Virus record (IMG/VR): IMGVR_UViG_3300024518_006364
DNA length: 64,000 nucleotides
Origin: an uncultured virus (IMG/VR IMGVR_UViG_3300024518_006364)
Lineage: Duplodnaviria > Heunggongvirae > Uroviricota > Caudoviricetes
Strand: one strand, 5' to 3'
Shown here: positions 1-9,429 of the stretch, in pieces
Layout of the letters: each line of letters opens with the position of its first letter
Numbering within the stretch: the first letter of the stretch is position 1
Position numbers and translations under genes: made by a program
The notes under the pieces: generated by a model
Told to the model about the DNA's origin: nothing
Databases searched by the model: none
Seen by the model: the letters and a program-made list of their open reading frames with translations, nothing else

Positions 1-258
1 GTGGTGGGGGTCTCCGCTGAAGAGGAGGCTTGCCCCCTGCGTGACCGCCCCGGGTGCAGCGAGACGTGCGACTTCTACGACCACGGGCAGGACGCGGAAG
101 AAGAGCCCGAGGCAGAAGACGAGGACGAGACCGACACTGAGGACGAGACCGACACTGAGGATGAGATCCTGGAGGAAGAGGAAGACAACGGAGAGAATCT
201 GGCTTCCACTCTTCCGAACACTACTGTAAGTGACAACAACGAGGAGGACGCGGCATGA
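1..258 (+). CDS. Partial CDS (3' end) with Cys cluster and acidic tail; upstream member of the JAB/E1 operon
   Basis: Frame is open from the window edge. Its TGA overlaps the next ATG (ATGA). It contains an 18-bp tandem duplication (GAGGACGAGACCGACACT). Confidence 0.6.
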   Translation: MVGVSAEEEACPLRDRPGCSETCDFYDHGQDAEEEPEAEDEDETDTEDETDTEDEILEEEEDNGENLASTLPNTTVSDNNEEDAA

Positions 259-1940
259 GCACCGCCCCCGAGAAGAAGACCCCCGCCGCGTCCGCCCCTG
301 CCGCAAAGGACAACAAGATCCAGCAGCAGGGGACCGCGGCGCCCCAGACAGCGACTGCGGTTGCTCCGGTGAACGCGGTTGTGCCCTTGGTGCCCCTGAC
401 AACCGCGACGCCCACGACGCCCGCGGCACCTAAGAAGACGACCCCCAAGAACGGGCCCCCCGCCAAGAAGAAGGACAGGAAGAAGGCCCAGAAGCCAACG
501 CGAACGGACGTCAAGCGTTACAAGTCCCCTGTGCCGGAGACCCAACAGATCTTCGGCGACCGCAACAGTCCCGTGAACATCGAGTTCACCGCACGTGCCT
601 GGTTCATGGTGCAGCGTCTTTGCGAGGTCGCCAAGGGCGAGTGCTCGTGCTACTGCACGGTGCACATGTCCACGGTCAAGACGCGGGATCAAGATGTCAC
701 GCGCTTTCTCATCACCGAGGACGACATCTACATCCCAGACCAGACCAACAGTGGAGGCTCGACCGAGTTCGACGATGCCCCTGAGGCGGGCAAAGAGGCA
801 ACGCCGTCCAACTGGTTTGGCATCATGCAGGACATCTACAAGCGCGACAAGGACGGCTGCGAGCGGCTCAAGCTGTGGCTGCACACCCACGGCACCGGGA
901 GAGCCTTCTGGTCAAACATCGACGAGGACAACATCGAACGCCTGGTCGCGGACATGCCCTACCTGCTCTCGATCGTCATCGCCAAGGACGCGTCCATCGA
1001 GGCCCGTCTCGATGTTCGCAACCCGCTCCACCTGTCTCTGTTGCACATCGGTGTCCATGTGCAGAAGGAATGGCACCAGGACCTCGTCGACAAGGTGGAG
1101 GGGATCTACCGTGTCAGATCGTCCGAGCACGCTGGGTGGCAGGGCGGAGGCGTGGGAACCTGGTACGACATCTACGACGATGACCACAACACTCCCTCCC
1201 ACACCAGCACCAAGGCGGGAGATCCACAGATCAAGGTCGAAGACATGTGGAAGGACATGGGCGCCAATCCCCTGGAGGCAATCCGGCACACGGTCAAGGC
1301 GCTCGAGACGGACGTCACCAATGAATACGGGGAGTACTACCATGACGTGCTCCAGAGCGCCTGCCGCGAGCTGTCGCGGCTTCCGCAGCAGGTCAAGAAC
1401 AACAAGATTGACTGGACGGTTCGCGACGTGCGCCTCGACGCACTGTATCAAATTTCCCTGGGAGAGCTCCTCGCCCGGGTTGCCAACATCTGGGCTTCCG
1501 AAAAGGATCCCGATCGGATGTACGGGTCCATGGTCTACGTTCTGCGCTGGAGAATCTTCAACGCCTTGGACGCGGCCGAGGTGGACACAGCCGAGGCGCA
1601 CGCCCAGGGACCCCGGGAAGGCAAAGAGGTCGGAGACAGCGTTGTCTGCGAGTTCCACGGAACCTGCTCGGTCGAAGGCTGCATCGTGTTCGATGTTGCC
1701 GACGAGTTCAAGCAGTGTCCGTTCCGGACCAACGGCTTCATGGACGAGGGCTGGACACAGGAAGATCTTCTGGGAATGTCGACCGAGGCCACTGTCGAAG
1801 GAGACGAGGAAGCCATGTCGTCCATGGAAGACATCTGTTTGCAGTGCCAGGCGTTCATGGGTCCGAATCCCCAGCTCTGTGAAGACTGCCAGTACTCTGA
1901 CAACGGACAGCCCCACTGTGAAATGAATGAGGTGGATTGA
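255..1940 (+). CDS. JAB/MPN+ (JAMM) metalloprotease domain protein with low-complexity N-terminus and Cys-rich C-terminus
   Basis: JAMM motif WLHTH-x6-WSNID (H-x-H-x7-S-x2-D) with upstream Glu (GECS). GGAGG RBS. Coupled to a ThiF gene. Confidence 0.8.
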   Translation: MSTAPEKKTPAASAPAAKDNKIQQQGTAAPQTATAVAPVNAVVPLVPLTTATPTTPAAPKKTTPKNGPPAKKKDRKKAQKPTRTDVKRYKSPVPETQQIFGDRNSPVNIEFTARAWFMVQRLCEVAKGECSCYCTVHMSTVKTRDQDVTRFLITEDDIYIPDQTNSGGSTEFDDAPEAGKEATPSNWFGIMQDIYKRDKDGCERLKLWLHTHGTGRAFWSNIDEDNIERLVADMPYLLSIVIAKDASIEARLDVRNPLHLSLLHIGVHVQKEWHQDLVDKVEGIYRVRSSEHAGWQGGGVGTWYDIYDDDHNTPSHTSTKAGDPQIKVEDMWKDMGANPLEAIRHTVKALETDVTNEYGEYYHDVLQSACRELSRLPQQVKNNKIDWTVRDVRLDALYQISLGELLARVANIWASEKDPDRMYGSMVYVLRWRIFNALDAAEVDTAEAHAQGPREGKEVGDSVVCEFHGTCSVEGCIVFDVADEFKQCPFRTNGFMDEGWTQEDLLGMSTEATVEGDEEAMSSMEDICLQCQAFMGPNPQLCEDCQYSDNGQPHCEMNEVD

Positions 1941-2638
1941 TGGAGGATGCTCGATATATCCGGCAGAAGGACCTGATCGAGAGGGAGGAGCTTCTCCTCC
2001 AACACATCACCATGATCGGCCTGGGAGCCATTGGCTCCTCGACGGCGCTCGCCCTCGGAAAGATGGGGGTGCGCCAGTTCATGCTGTTCGACCCTGACGA
2101 CGTCGGAATCGAGAACCTGGCCATCCAGCTCTTCCGCAACAAGGACTTGGGGGATCCCAAGGTCCAGGCGGTCTGGCGCAGACTCATGGACGAGGGCGAC
2201 GCGCCCGAGGTCAAGGCCATAGCAGAGCTGTTCGAAGGGCAACCGTTGCCCCCGGACGGCCCGATCATCGTCGGTGTCGACTCGCTCGATGCCCGGAAGA
2301 CAATCTGGCGCATGGTGCCCAAGAAGCAGACGCGCCTGTTCATTGACGCACGGATGGGGGCGGAGGTCGCGCAGATCTTTGCCTTCGACGTCACCAACCG
2401 GAGTGAACGGGCACAGTACGCCGAGTCCTTGATGGGAGAGCCCTACCAGGCTCCCTGTACGGCACGCGGCACCGTGTACTGCGCGTTCGGGATCGCGGCG
2501 TTTATCACGTCCTACGTGAAGCGCTGGGTGATGCGTCAACCGTTCCCGTTCTCCTGGGTCTTCGACTTCGTCAACGGTGTTGCCTACGAGACTGATGCGC
2601 AGGGGATCCCCCTCAACCATTCAGCCTTTACGAGGTAA
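1940..2638 (+). CDS. ThiF/MoeB/E1-like adenylyltransferase
   Basis: Motifs IGLGAIGS, DPDDVGIENLAIQ, KV, VGVDS-x3-R and FIDARMG; candidate catalytic Cys in APCTAR. Confidence 0.9.
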   Translation: MEDARYIRQKDLIEREELLLQHITMIGLGAIGSSTALALGKMGVRQFMLFDPDDVGIENLAIQLFRNKDLGDPKVQAVWRRLMDEGDAPEVKAIAELFEGQPLPPDGPIIVGVDSLDARKTIWRMVPKKQTRLFIDARMGAEVAQIFAFDVTNRSERAQYAESLMGEPYQAPCTARGTVYCAFGIAAFITSYVKRWVMRQPFPFSWVFDFVNGVAYETDAQGIPLNHSAFTR

Positions 2639-2641
2639 AGC

Positions 2642-2908
2642 ATGGCGACGAAGAAGACCGACCCACTCTGGCTGCGCCAGGCTTCCGCCCTGGAGCGAGT
2701 GGCGAAGGACAACCTGTTCCTGGCCAAGACCTTGATGGGCTTCTACCGAGCAGACGTGCTGAACGTGAAGGCCCGGGAAGCGATCAAGAACCACTGCGCC
2801 CTGCTGCGTGAACAGGCCTACCATCTCATCACGAAGGCCACCGAGCTGCGCGGGAGCATCCCTGACAACGTGCTCCTGGAGGTCCAGGCACAGCCCGAGG
2901 ACACGTGA
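2642..2908 (+). CDS. Hypothetical protein
   Basis: GAGGT RBS; in operon with E1. Confidence 0.6.
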   Translation: MATKKTDPLWLRQASALERVAKDNLFLAKTLMGFYRADVLNVKAREAIKNHCALLREQAYHLITKATELRGSIPDNVLLEVQAQPEDT

Positions 2909-3111
2909 GCGTCCTCTGCATTCGGTCCAACGCCACCCCCGCGAAAGATGAGTTCCGGGGGCTCACCCGCCAAGAAAAGTGTCCGCTCGGTTACTCGAGG
3001 TACAGCAAAAAGGCCAAGGAGTGCCCGTCGATGTACTTCGACACCGTTCCCTTTGCGGAGACGCTGCCTACACCTGTCCAGGTGCAGGTTTGCCATCATA
3101 GAGAAGACTGA
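2905..3111 (+). CDS. Small Cys-containing hypothetical protein
   Basis: GTGA overlap with the preceding stop; followed by a terminator. Confidence 0.45.
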   Translation: MSVLCIRSNATPAKDEFRGLTRQEKCPLGYSRYSKKAKECPSMYFDTVPFAETLPTPVQVQVCHHRED

Positions 3112-3112
3112 A

Positions 3113-3148
3113 AGAGAGGGGGCGTGCAATGCGCCTCCTTTCTTTTTT
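3113..3148 (+). terminator. Intrinsic terminator
   Basis: GGGGGCGT-GCA-ATGCGCCTCC hairpin followed by a T-rich tract. Confidence 0.6.
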
Positions 3149-3195
3149 GCCTTGCTGGGGGGAGAATCGTAGAATGGGGCGTCAAGGAGGAAGAC

Positions 3196-3405
3196 ATGCT
3201 CAACTTCATGAAGATCGGACAGGGTCCCATCACCAAGAAGACCGCGCCACCCATGGACGTTGCGAAGAACCGCCCGGCCTCCGGCGTGGATCTCGGCGCG
3301 ATGGCCAAGGCGCCCCGCATCGGCATGGGCGACCTCAAGAAGCGCATGGGCGGTGGCGCGGCACCCGCGACCCCTCCCCCGGCAGCGGCCGTAGCAACTC
3401 GGTGA
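3196..3405 (+). CDS. Basic low-complexity protein with N-terminal LNFMKIGQ tag
   Basis: AGGAGG RBS. Upstream TTGCCT-N17-TAGAAT promoter (3147-3175). Confidence 0.65.
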   Translation: MLNFMKIGQGPITKKTAPPMDVAKNRPASGVDLGAMAKAPRIGMGDLKKRMGGGAAPATPPPAAAVATR

Positions 3406-3821
3406 CCCTCCGTTTCCAAAAGATCGGCCAGCTGGTCGATCCCTACCGAAATCCGATCGGGCAGGGACAGACCTTCCGGAATCTGATCAGCATGTGGGAC
3501 AAGGGGATGATCACACGTCCCCTCTACCAGTCCCAGAAGCTGCTCCCGGCAACGGACTGGAAGCGGAAGAACAAAAAGCTCGAAGGAACAGAGGCGTCCG
3601 CGAATCCGTGGGACGACGTCTACGGCATTCCCACACCTGAGATGCGCGCCCAGATGCCTGTCCACGAGGTCAAGATTCCCCCGCTCCCGCTGCGCCGTCA
3701 TGGGCCCGGAGGAGCGCAGTTCGCAGCTCTGGCCCGGGCGTGGGGCGCCTCTCCCGAACTCATCAAATCCATGGCCCCTCCCCCCATCCGATACGACCGA
3801 GAGGGCGCACGTATCCAATAG
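3402..3821 (+). CDS. Hypothetical protein with N-terminal LRFQKIGQ tag
   Basis: GTG start overlapping the upstream TGA; shared N-terminal motif. Confidence 0.65.
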   Translation: MTLRFQKIGQLVDPYRNPIGQGQTFRNLISMWDKGMITRPLYQSQKLLPATDWKRKNKKLEGTEASANPWDDVYGIPTPEMRAQMPVHEVKIPPLPLRRHGPGGAQFAALARAWGASPELIKSMAPPPIRYDREGARIQ

Positions 3822-3862
3822 CCCTTTCTGGTAAAAGTCCCTGTATAACCACCGGAGGCATT

Positions 3863-4891
3863 ATGTCTGATGACGAAGAACGTCGTCCCTCCGAGAGTGT
3901 CTCGGGGGTCGACTGGGGCACGGGAAACTCTGTTTCTCTCCCTCCCCTAGTAGTAGGTGGATCTCCAACCCCCGAACAAATGCGCCATTTTCAAGAAGAA
4001 GCCGAGCGCTACCAGCAAAGCCTGTTCGAGGGTTTTCGCATGCCCGCAGAGATGTTCCAGGCAGATTCCGTGCAAGTGACTGCCATCGATGCCGACGGAA
4101 ATCCGGTGGATGTCGAAATAGCTGAAGAGACGCTAGCAAACAACCCCGAGGTGCGAACTTACGCAGAGCTCGACGCAGCAGTAACTGCTGAACTCGCGCG
4201 ACGACATCGTCCCGACACGATGATCGTCCCCAGGGCGCAGTATGAAGAAGAGATGCGCGTCGCGATGCTGCGCACCATCCAAGAAGACATGGATCGGGAT
4301 TTTCAGGCACACAGCCTTCAACAAGCCCCTTCTGCCGAACACATCAACATGAGCGTCACGTCACACGCAACGGCTGTCCCCTGCTCCTGTAACGCCAACG
4401 GAGATCAGGTACCCGACCTCGATCTGTCCGATATTTACCGAATCCCTTCGCACGTCTCCCATGTGAACAAGGAGTCCGACATGGCTGGCCCCAGTTACAC
4501 CTCCGCCCGCATCCCCCTTCCGCATCTCCCCAACGACGACGACTCCGATGTCGGCTTTGCTGCTGACCTGAACGAGTTTGCCGAGAAGATCCTCGAACAC
4601 GTCCAGCGCCCTTTGACTGCCCCCGCGACGGTGGACGGTATCCTCGACACCCTGGCGTGCAGGATCAACTGCACGGCCGCCGAACTCATCGGACTCAACT
4701 TCGACCTCGAGGAAGACGATACCCTGGGGACGGAGAGCGCAGGCAAGGACGAGCTTCACATCATTCTCCAGGCGACAGTCGCGCTCTGCCGTCTCCTGGG
4801 CTACAATGACGTCCTGTCTCTCGCCCTGGCAACGAGCAACAAGCTGGCCCGGGTGACAGGGCTCGACGAGGAGGAGGAGGAGGAAGACTGA
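3863..4891 (+). CDS. Hypothetical acidic protein
   Basis: GGAGG RBS; long ORF. Confidence 0.65.
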   Translation: MSDDEERRPSESVSGVDWGTGNSVSLPPLVVGGSPTPEQMRHFQEEAERYQQSLFEGFRMPAEMFQADSVQVTAIDADGNPVDVEIAEETLANNPEVRTYAELDAAVTAELARRHRPDTMIVPRAQYEEEMRVAMLRTIQEDMDRDFQAHSLQQAPSAEHINMSVTSHATAVPCSCNANGDQVPDLDLSDIYRIPSHVSHVNKESDMAGPSYTSARIPLPHLPNDDDSDVGFAADLNEFAEKILEHVQRPLTAPATVDGILDTLACRINCTAAELIGLNFDLEEDDTLGTESAGKDELHIILQATVALCRLLGYNDVLSLALATSNKLARVTGLDEEEEEED

Positions 4892-5211
4892 TGGCCGGTG
4901 TTCAGGACACCATCAAGGATGTGATGATCGACAACTACGGGGTTGACCCGACGGACTCGGGCGCCTACCCGGCGCTCAATGCTCTGTGGATTGCCAACCA
5001 CGCCGTCACGCTCTACACCAAATACAAGGACGCGTTCACGCAGGCTCTCGTGGCCCTGGTGACAGACAGGGAAAAAACGCTCATCCCCACCCTCCTCGGT
5101 GGTGATTACGACGAGTCCACGCTACAGGCGATTATCGTGGCCGAGGTTGCACACAACCTGGCCAGCCTTGGTGCCCTCGAACTCCAGATGAAGACCACCT
5201 ACAGCCTCTGA
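4891..5211 (+). CDS. Hypothetical protein
   Basis: TGATG coupling; typical codon usage. Confidence 0.65.
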   Translation: MAGVQDTIKDVMIDNYGVDPTDSGAYPALNALWIANHAVTLYTKYKDAFTQALVALVTDREKTLIPTLLGGDYDESTLQAIIVAEVAHNLASLGALELQMKTTYSL

Positions 5212-5213
5212 CC

Positions 5214-5243
5214 TTGACATTGGCAGCCATTGGCTGCTAACTC
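5214..5243 (+). promoter_or_regulatory. Sigma70-like promoter with palindromic operator in the spacer
   Basis: TTGACA, then the palindrome GCAGCCA-T-TGGCTGC, then TAACT. Confidence 0.65.
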
Positions 5244-5263
5244 TCCTCCTCAGGAGGTTTCTT

Positions 5264-6556
5264 ATGTTCAACACCGTCCCTCTGGGGGCCGAGCCCCCGC
5301 ACAACGTCGACCCCAAGGCCGAGCTGAACGCGCTGAAGGAAATTCCCCTGTACCACGCTTCCGACGAGAGTCTGGAGTGGTTGCCCCTCATGGACAAGGA
5401 GCGCAAGGCGTGGACCCTCACCATCAACGGGGAGTTCGGCAACTTCCCCTTGGGCGATCTCATCGGCCACGAGGGAGTCGGCTTCTTCATGTGCGCATCG
5501 GAAAAGGACGCCCAGTTCTGTCGGCAGGTCCTGATCAACAATGCCGGTTATGTTCCCGACAAGATCGAGATCTACGAGACGACCGTGCACCTGGTCGGAT
5601 CGGCAACCCTCGGTGCGACGCTGTCCCTCATCTGGGGCAACTTCTGCCGCAAATACTGGGGCATCGTAGCCGGAGACGACGCCCAGGCTTACGCCGACAT
5701 CCCGCGGCGTAGCTGGGAAGGGAACATGACCGCCCTGGTGTGGGTGGATCTCGAGAACGAGACCATCGCGCCGATTCCGTTGCCCCTCACGCTGGACATG
5801 CACCACGCCCAGAGCGAGCCGGGCAAGATGCTCGATGGGCTCCTGCCAGCGTGGCACCTGCCAGATGAGATCGAGGGTGGTCCCGAGGGCCAGTTGCAGT
5901 TCATGCTCCAGGGCTTCGGAACACAGCCGCCCCTGTGGGCACTCGCAGGCATTTCGGAGGAGCACAAGGTTCTACACTTCCCGATCGTCCTCAAGGATCC
6001 GGAAGACAACCAGATGCACACTCCCCTCTTCGCTGACAGCTTTGCGGCGCAGGGGGCCATCATCGATCTGGCTCCGGCCCTGGCGCAGCACGGTGTTGCC
6101 GCCTGCGCACTCCCGCTCCTGTCCCCCACACAGCTGCTGGAGATTCTGGGAGTCGTCAAGGTCCACAACGATGTGATGGTGCAGAACGGCGCTCCCGAGA
6201 ACCAGGCGACGATCGTGTGCATGTTCGATGCGGACACGATGTTCCACCTCACGCCCGACTACCTGAAAGATCGCATGGTGCGCACCAACTTGATCAATTC
6301 GGCCGCCCTGGGCTTCCAGCTCGAGGTGTGCACCGCGCGTACCCCGTCCGACGTGGTGCCCCGCGTTCGCCGGGAGGAACTCGACAACCCATTCATGCTG
6401 CCCAGCACGTTCTACATCGGACAGCTCTACGCCGATATGCTGGCAGGGCCCCTGATGTCCGCAGCGCAACAGTCCCTCGCCCAGGTAACCGAGAGCGAGG
6501 GAATCGACCTGGGAGCGGTTTCAGACCGCGAGGATCCCGAGACTCCTCCCGAGTAG
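5264..6556 (+). CDS. Hypothetical protein (430 aa)
   Basis: AGGAGG RBS; long ORF with GC3 bias. Confidence 0.75.
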   Translation: MFNTVPLGAEPPHNVDPKAELNALKEIPLYHASDESLEWLPLMDKERKAWTLTINGEFGNFPLGDLIGHEGVGFFMCASEKDAQFCRQVLINNAGYVPDKIEIYETTVHLVGSATLGATLSLIWGNFCRKYWGIVAGDDAQAYADIPRRSWEGNMTALVWVDLENETIAPIPLPLTLDMHHAQSEPGKMLDGLLPAWHLPDEIEGGPEGQLQFMLQGFGTQPPLWALAGISEEHKVLHFPIVLKDPEDNQMHTPLFADSFAAQGAIIDLAPALAQHGVAACALPLLSPTQLLEILGVVKVHNDVMVQNGAPENQATIVCMFDADTMFHLTPDYLKDRMVRTNLINSAALGFQLEVCTARTPSDVVPRVRREELDNPFMLPSTFYIGQLYADMLAGPLMSAAQQSLAQVTESEGIDLGAVSDREDPETPPE

Positions 6557-6584
6557 AATGGTAGAGTGCTGGCAAGGAGGAAAC

Positions 6585-6773
6585 GTGGCCAGCTTCAAAG
6601 ACGACAAGACCGACTCCAAGATGGCTCCCCGTGGCGGCTTCTTTCTGTTCGTGCCTGTCCCCAGTGACGCGACGACCGAGCAAAGAGCCGCGACGGCGCA
6701 GGACCTCTGGGAATGGATGACCCAAAGTCTGCTGGAAAGGGCTGTCGAGGAGGCCAAGCCTGAAGGGGGTTGA
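6585..6773 (+). CDS. Small hypothetical protein
   Basis: AGGAGG followed by GTG. Confidence 0.5.
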   Translation: MASFKDDKTDSKMAPRGGFFLFVPVPSDATTEQRAATAQDLWEWMTQSLLERAVEEAKPEGG

Positions 6774-6798
6774 CTTGGCAGCCAATGGCTGCTAATGT
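6770..6798 (+). promoter_or_regulatory. Sigma70-like promoter with the same palindromic operator
   Basis: TTGACT-N17-TAATGT; the spacer contains GCAGCCA-A-TGGCTGC. Confidence 0.7.
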
Positions 6799-6884
6799 CC
6801 CCCTTGAGTGCAGCACCACCACCACTCGTAGAGAGCCGGGCGTCGGAAACTTCCGGCGTCCGGTTTTCGCTTTTGGAGGGTTCG

Positions 6885-7411
6885 ATGAAGAATTTCCTCT
6901 GCTACTATGAGCTCCACGTCGGCGCTCGGACGTTCATCCTGCACGTCGTTGTCGAGGCCAACAGCAAGGATGAAGCTCTCGAACAACTGAAAAGCCAGGA
7001 AGGTGCCGCATATCATCTTCAGGTCAAGGGGTGCCTGGGCATTGCCGATGACGACAACGTCTCAAGGTTCATGACCCCCAAGAACTGCGTAGGTGCATGA
7101 TGGCAGACGAGAAAGCCCCGATCGAGAAGATCTACGAGGCCGTGCTGGAGAAGATGGGAGAGGACGATGACGGGCGCCATGTCTGTCGGGTTCTCTTCCA
7201 GGACATCCGGGACTACCTGGACAAGGAGGGCCGTGACCCCGCCAAGGTGCCGGAGAACGAGATCCTACGTCTCGCGCTGACAGGCATGCTGACCCAGAAA
7301 GAGGGGAAGCTCTCGTCCTACGAGGCCATCATCGCCAACGCGGAAGTGCGCACAGGGTTGCCGCAGGCGATCTCGGCATACGTCAAGGAGAGGATGCGGG
7401 TAATCACGTGA
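6885..7411 (+). other. Two coupled hypothetical CDSs (6885-7100, 7097-7411)
   Basis: GGAGG RBS; ATGA overlap. Confidence 0.55.
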
Positions 7412-7559
7412 AGAAGAAACGGCACCCTCCCGGCGCCTACGCGCTCCTGAATCTGTTGGGGTTCTTCCCCCGCGTGCTCGAACGCCCATTCTTCTTCGAG
7501 GGGTCCTTCGTATTGACCCCTGCTGATCCCATGGTGAGCCCGATGCGCAAGGTAAGTGG

Positions 7560-8117
7560 ATGACCGACGACCGGGACATTCAGCACGTACCCATAAACGT
7601 TGAGCGCGAGGCACGCGACGCTCGTGTCAATGCCGCATTCGTCAAGGCCCTCTCCACAGCCTCCAAGGAGGGAGACTTTGATAAGGTGGTGGCCGCGGCA
7701 AGCGCGTTTACTCGCGCAAAGCTGTCCGAGCGTTCCTTCGCCAGCATGATGTTCAACCACAAGGCCGAGCGCATCGCCAGCGGATACCTGATGCACCTCA
7801 TGGCCCAACAAGAGCGGACCGCATGTGGCCAGGAAGTTGGGATCGAGGCCCCTATTTTCGAGTTAGCGTTTCTCAACGCAGACGGACCCTACTGCGACAT
7901 GTGCGAGGCATGCTGGCTCCTGCGTGATCAGTCGCCTGGGGTGAACAGATACGCCCTGACAGCTCTCGATGACGACAACGGCGGCCAGTACATCTTCACT
8001 GAGCCCCAGAGACCGTTCATCAATGCGACAGATAAGCCTGCGAAGAACGGTGTCCCTCCTGTCATTCCTCCGCGTTTGCTCAAGAAGCACACGGAACACA
8101 TGAATGGACCCGGCTGA
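7560..8117 (+). CDS. Putative zinc-finger protein (DMCEACW family)
   Basis: H..TACG..DMCEACW..FTEP; paralogs present in the window. Confidence 0.6.
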   Translation: MTDDRDIQHVPINVEREARDARVNAAFVKALSTASKEGDFDKVVAAASAFTRAKLSERSFASMMFNHKAERIASGYLMHLMAQQERTACGQEVGIEAPIFELAFLNADGPYCDMCEACWLLRDQSPGVNRYALTALDDDNGGQYIFTEPQRPFINATDKPAKNGVPPVIPPRLLKKHTEHMNGPG

Positions 8118-8517
8118 CTACATTCTTCACATCGCAGTGCCCGATAGCGATGGAACCTGCCGTCGCTTCAAGACCTACTGCGGGGAGAAAATCCCTGAGG
8201 ATGCCCTCTGGAAGTGTAATCCGATCATGCTGTCTTCCGAAGGTCCGTTCGAGGATATGTGTGAAGCCTGCTGGCTCACCGCGAGGAATCAGCGCGAGTT
8301 GCACATGACGCACTTCCTGCTGCTATTCCCCAAGAAGGAATACAATCAGGCATTCTTCACTGAGCAGGTAGCAGAGAAAGCGATCGAGATCGACGCACTC
8401 GATACCGCCGAGGAAATCATGCGTCGGGCAGGGAACAAGGGCGTCAGTCTTGAGGACTTGACATACCCCTTCAGAACGGGGCAACCTGGTGATGGAGGTA
8501 CCGATGATGAGACCTGA
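8104..8517 (+). CDS. Putative zinc-finger protein (DMCEACW family)
   Basis: H..TYCG..DMCEACW..FFTEQ. Confidence 0.6.
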   Translation: MDPADYILHIAVPDSDGTCRRFKTYCGEKIPEDALWKCNPIMLSSEGPFEDMCEACWLTARNQRELHMTHFLLLFPKKEYNQAFFTEQVAEKAIEIDALDTAEEIMRRAGNKGVSLEDLTYPFRTGQPGDGGTDDET

Positions 8518-8600
8518 CTCATAGGCACAACGCTCCCGCGCTCCCCCGCCACCGCTCCGCCCGAGAGAACCCAACAACCATTTTCCGCTTGGAGAAGACC
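8494..8600 (+). promoter_or_regulatory. Candidate leader peptide MMRPDS(amber)AQRSRAPPPP
   Basis: GGAGG at 8494, ATG at 8504/8507, TAG at 8522-8524, in-frame RAPP codons at 8537-8548. Confidence 0.55.
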
Positions 8601-8942
8601 ATGATTCACCCGATCACCCAGTACCGACTGGAGCAGAACAGCCTGGCGATCGTCATCCGCGAGACCAAGGAGAACCGGAAGGGCGCCAACCACGAGGCCC
8701 AGTGCAAGGCAGCGCGCCTGGGAAAGCAGTTCCGTCTGCGGCACATCGCCTACTGCGAAGTCCGCGGGCGCACGCGCGAGCAGATCGAGCAGCCCAAGAC
8801 GAGCCTGCTGTCCGTGAAGGACGAGGCCGTGATCACGCTGCACAAGCAGCAGCTCAACCGGCTCATCAAGGACCACGACGAGAAGTGGGAGCACGAGCGC
8901 CAGATCAGGGAGGGCGTCACCGCGTCAGCGGCGGCGTCGTAG
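8601..8942 (+). CDS. Hypothetical phage protein (RHIAYCEVRGRTREQIE motif) upstream of Pth2
   Basis: GGAGA RBS with ATG at 8601; strong codon bias. Confidence 0.75.
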   Translation: MIHPITQYRLEQNSLAIVIRETKENRKGANHEAQCKAARLGKQFRLRHIAYCEVRGRTREQIEQPKTSLLSVKDEAVITLHKQQLNRLIKDHDEKWEHERQIREGVTASAAAS

Positions 8943-8990
8943 GGTCGTGAGCGACGGGACCTATCTGGTTCTGGGGGCAATGAGCGGCTA

Positions 8991-9326
8991 TTGCCTGTGG
9001 TGTCTTGTGGACATCCTGCTGTCGTGGCGCCGCCACAAAAGGCGTATGTCCTCGTACGCCGAGACCTGGGACCGGCATACGGAGCGGTCCAAGGAGGACA
9101 CGCCCTAGCGGAGCTCCTTTTACGTGGTAAAAGGGGTTGCTGGAACAACGACACCCTGGTATATCTCGGCGTCGAAGACAAGGGAGACCTGGAACGACAG
9201 ATGGAACGACTCAACCAGAAGGGCATCCTGTACTCCGTGTTTCGGGAGCCCGACATCGGCGATGAGGTGACTGCCCTGGCCTGCGTAAGCGATGGCCGGG
9301 CGTTCTCCAATCTCTCCCTGTTCTAA
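8991..9326 (+). CDS. Peptidyl-tRNA hydrolase 2 (Pth2)-like protein; start uncertain
   Basis: Motifs YVLVRRDL..AVQGGHA..FREPDIGDEVTALA. No in-frame ATG upstream of the domain. Confidence 0.75.
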   Translation: MPVVSCGHPAVVAPPQKAYVLVRRDLGPAYGAVQGGHALAELLLRGKRGCWNNDTLVYLGVEDKGDLERQMERLNQKGILYSVFREPDIGDEVTALACVSDGRAFSNLSLF

Positions 9327-9343
9327 CCCAGCAGTGCCATAGC

Positions 9344-9418
9344 GGGGACGTAGCTCAACGGTAGAGCGCGCGGCTGTTAACCGCGTGGCTGTAGGTTCGA
9401 ATCCTACCGGCCCCGCCA
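9344..9418 (+). tRNA. tRNA-Asn(GTT)
   Basis: Cloverleaf; anticodon loop CTGTTAA; TTCGAAT T-loop; CCA end. Confidence 0.95.
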
Positions 9419-9429
9419 AAAGGAAACCA

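Noticed and set aside
7560..7760. N-terminus resembling a major capsid protein start (AASAFTRAKLSERSF)
   Set aside because: The resemblance is short, from memory only, and not supportable without a search.
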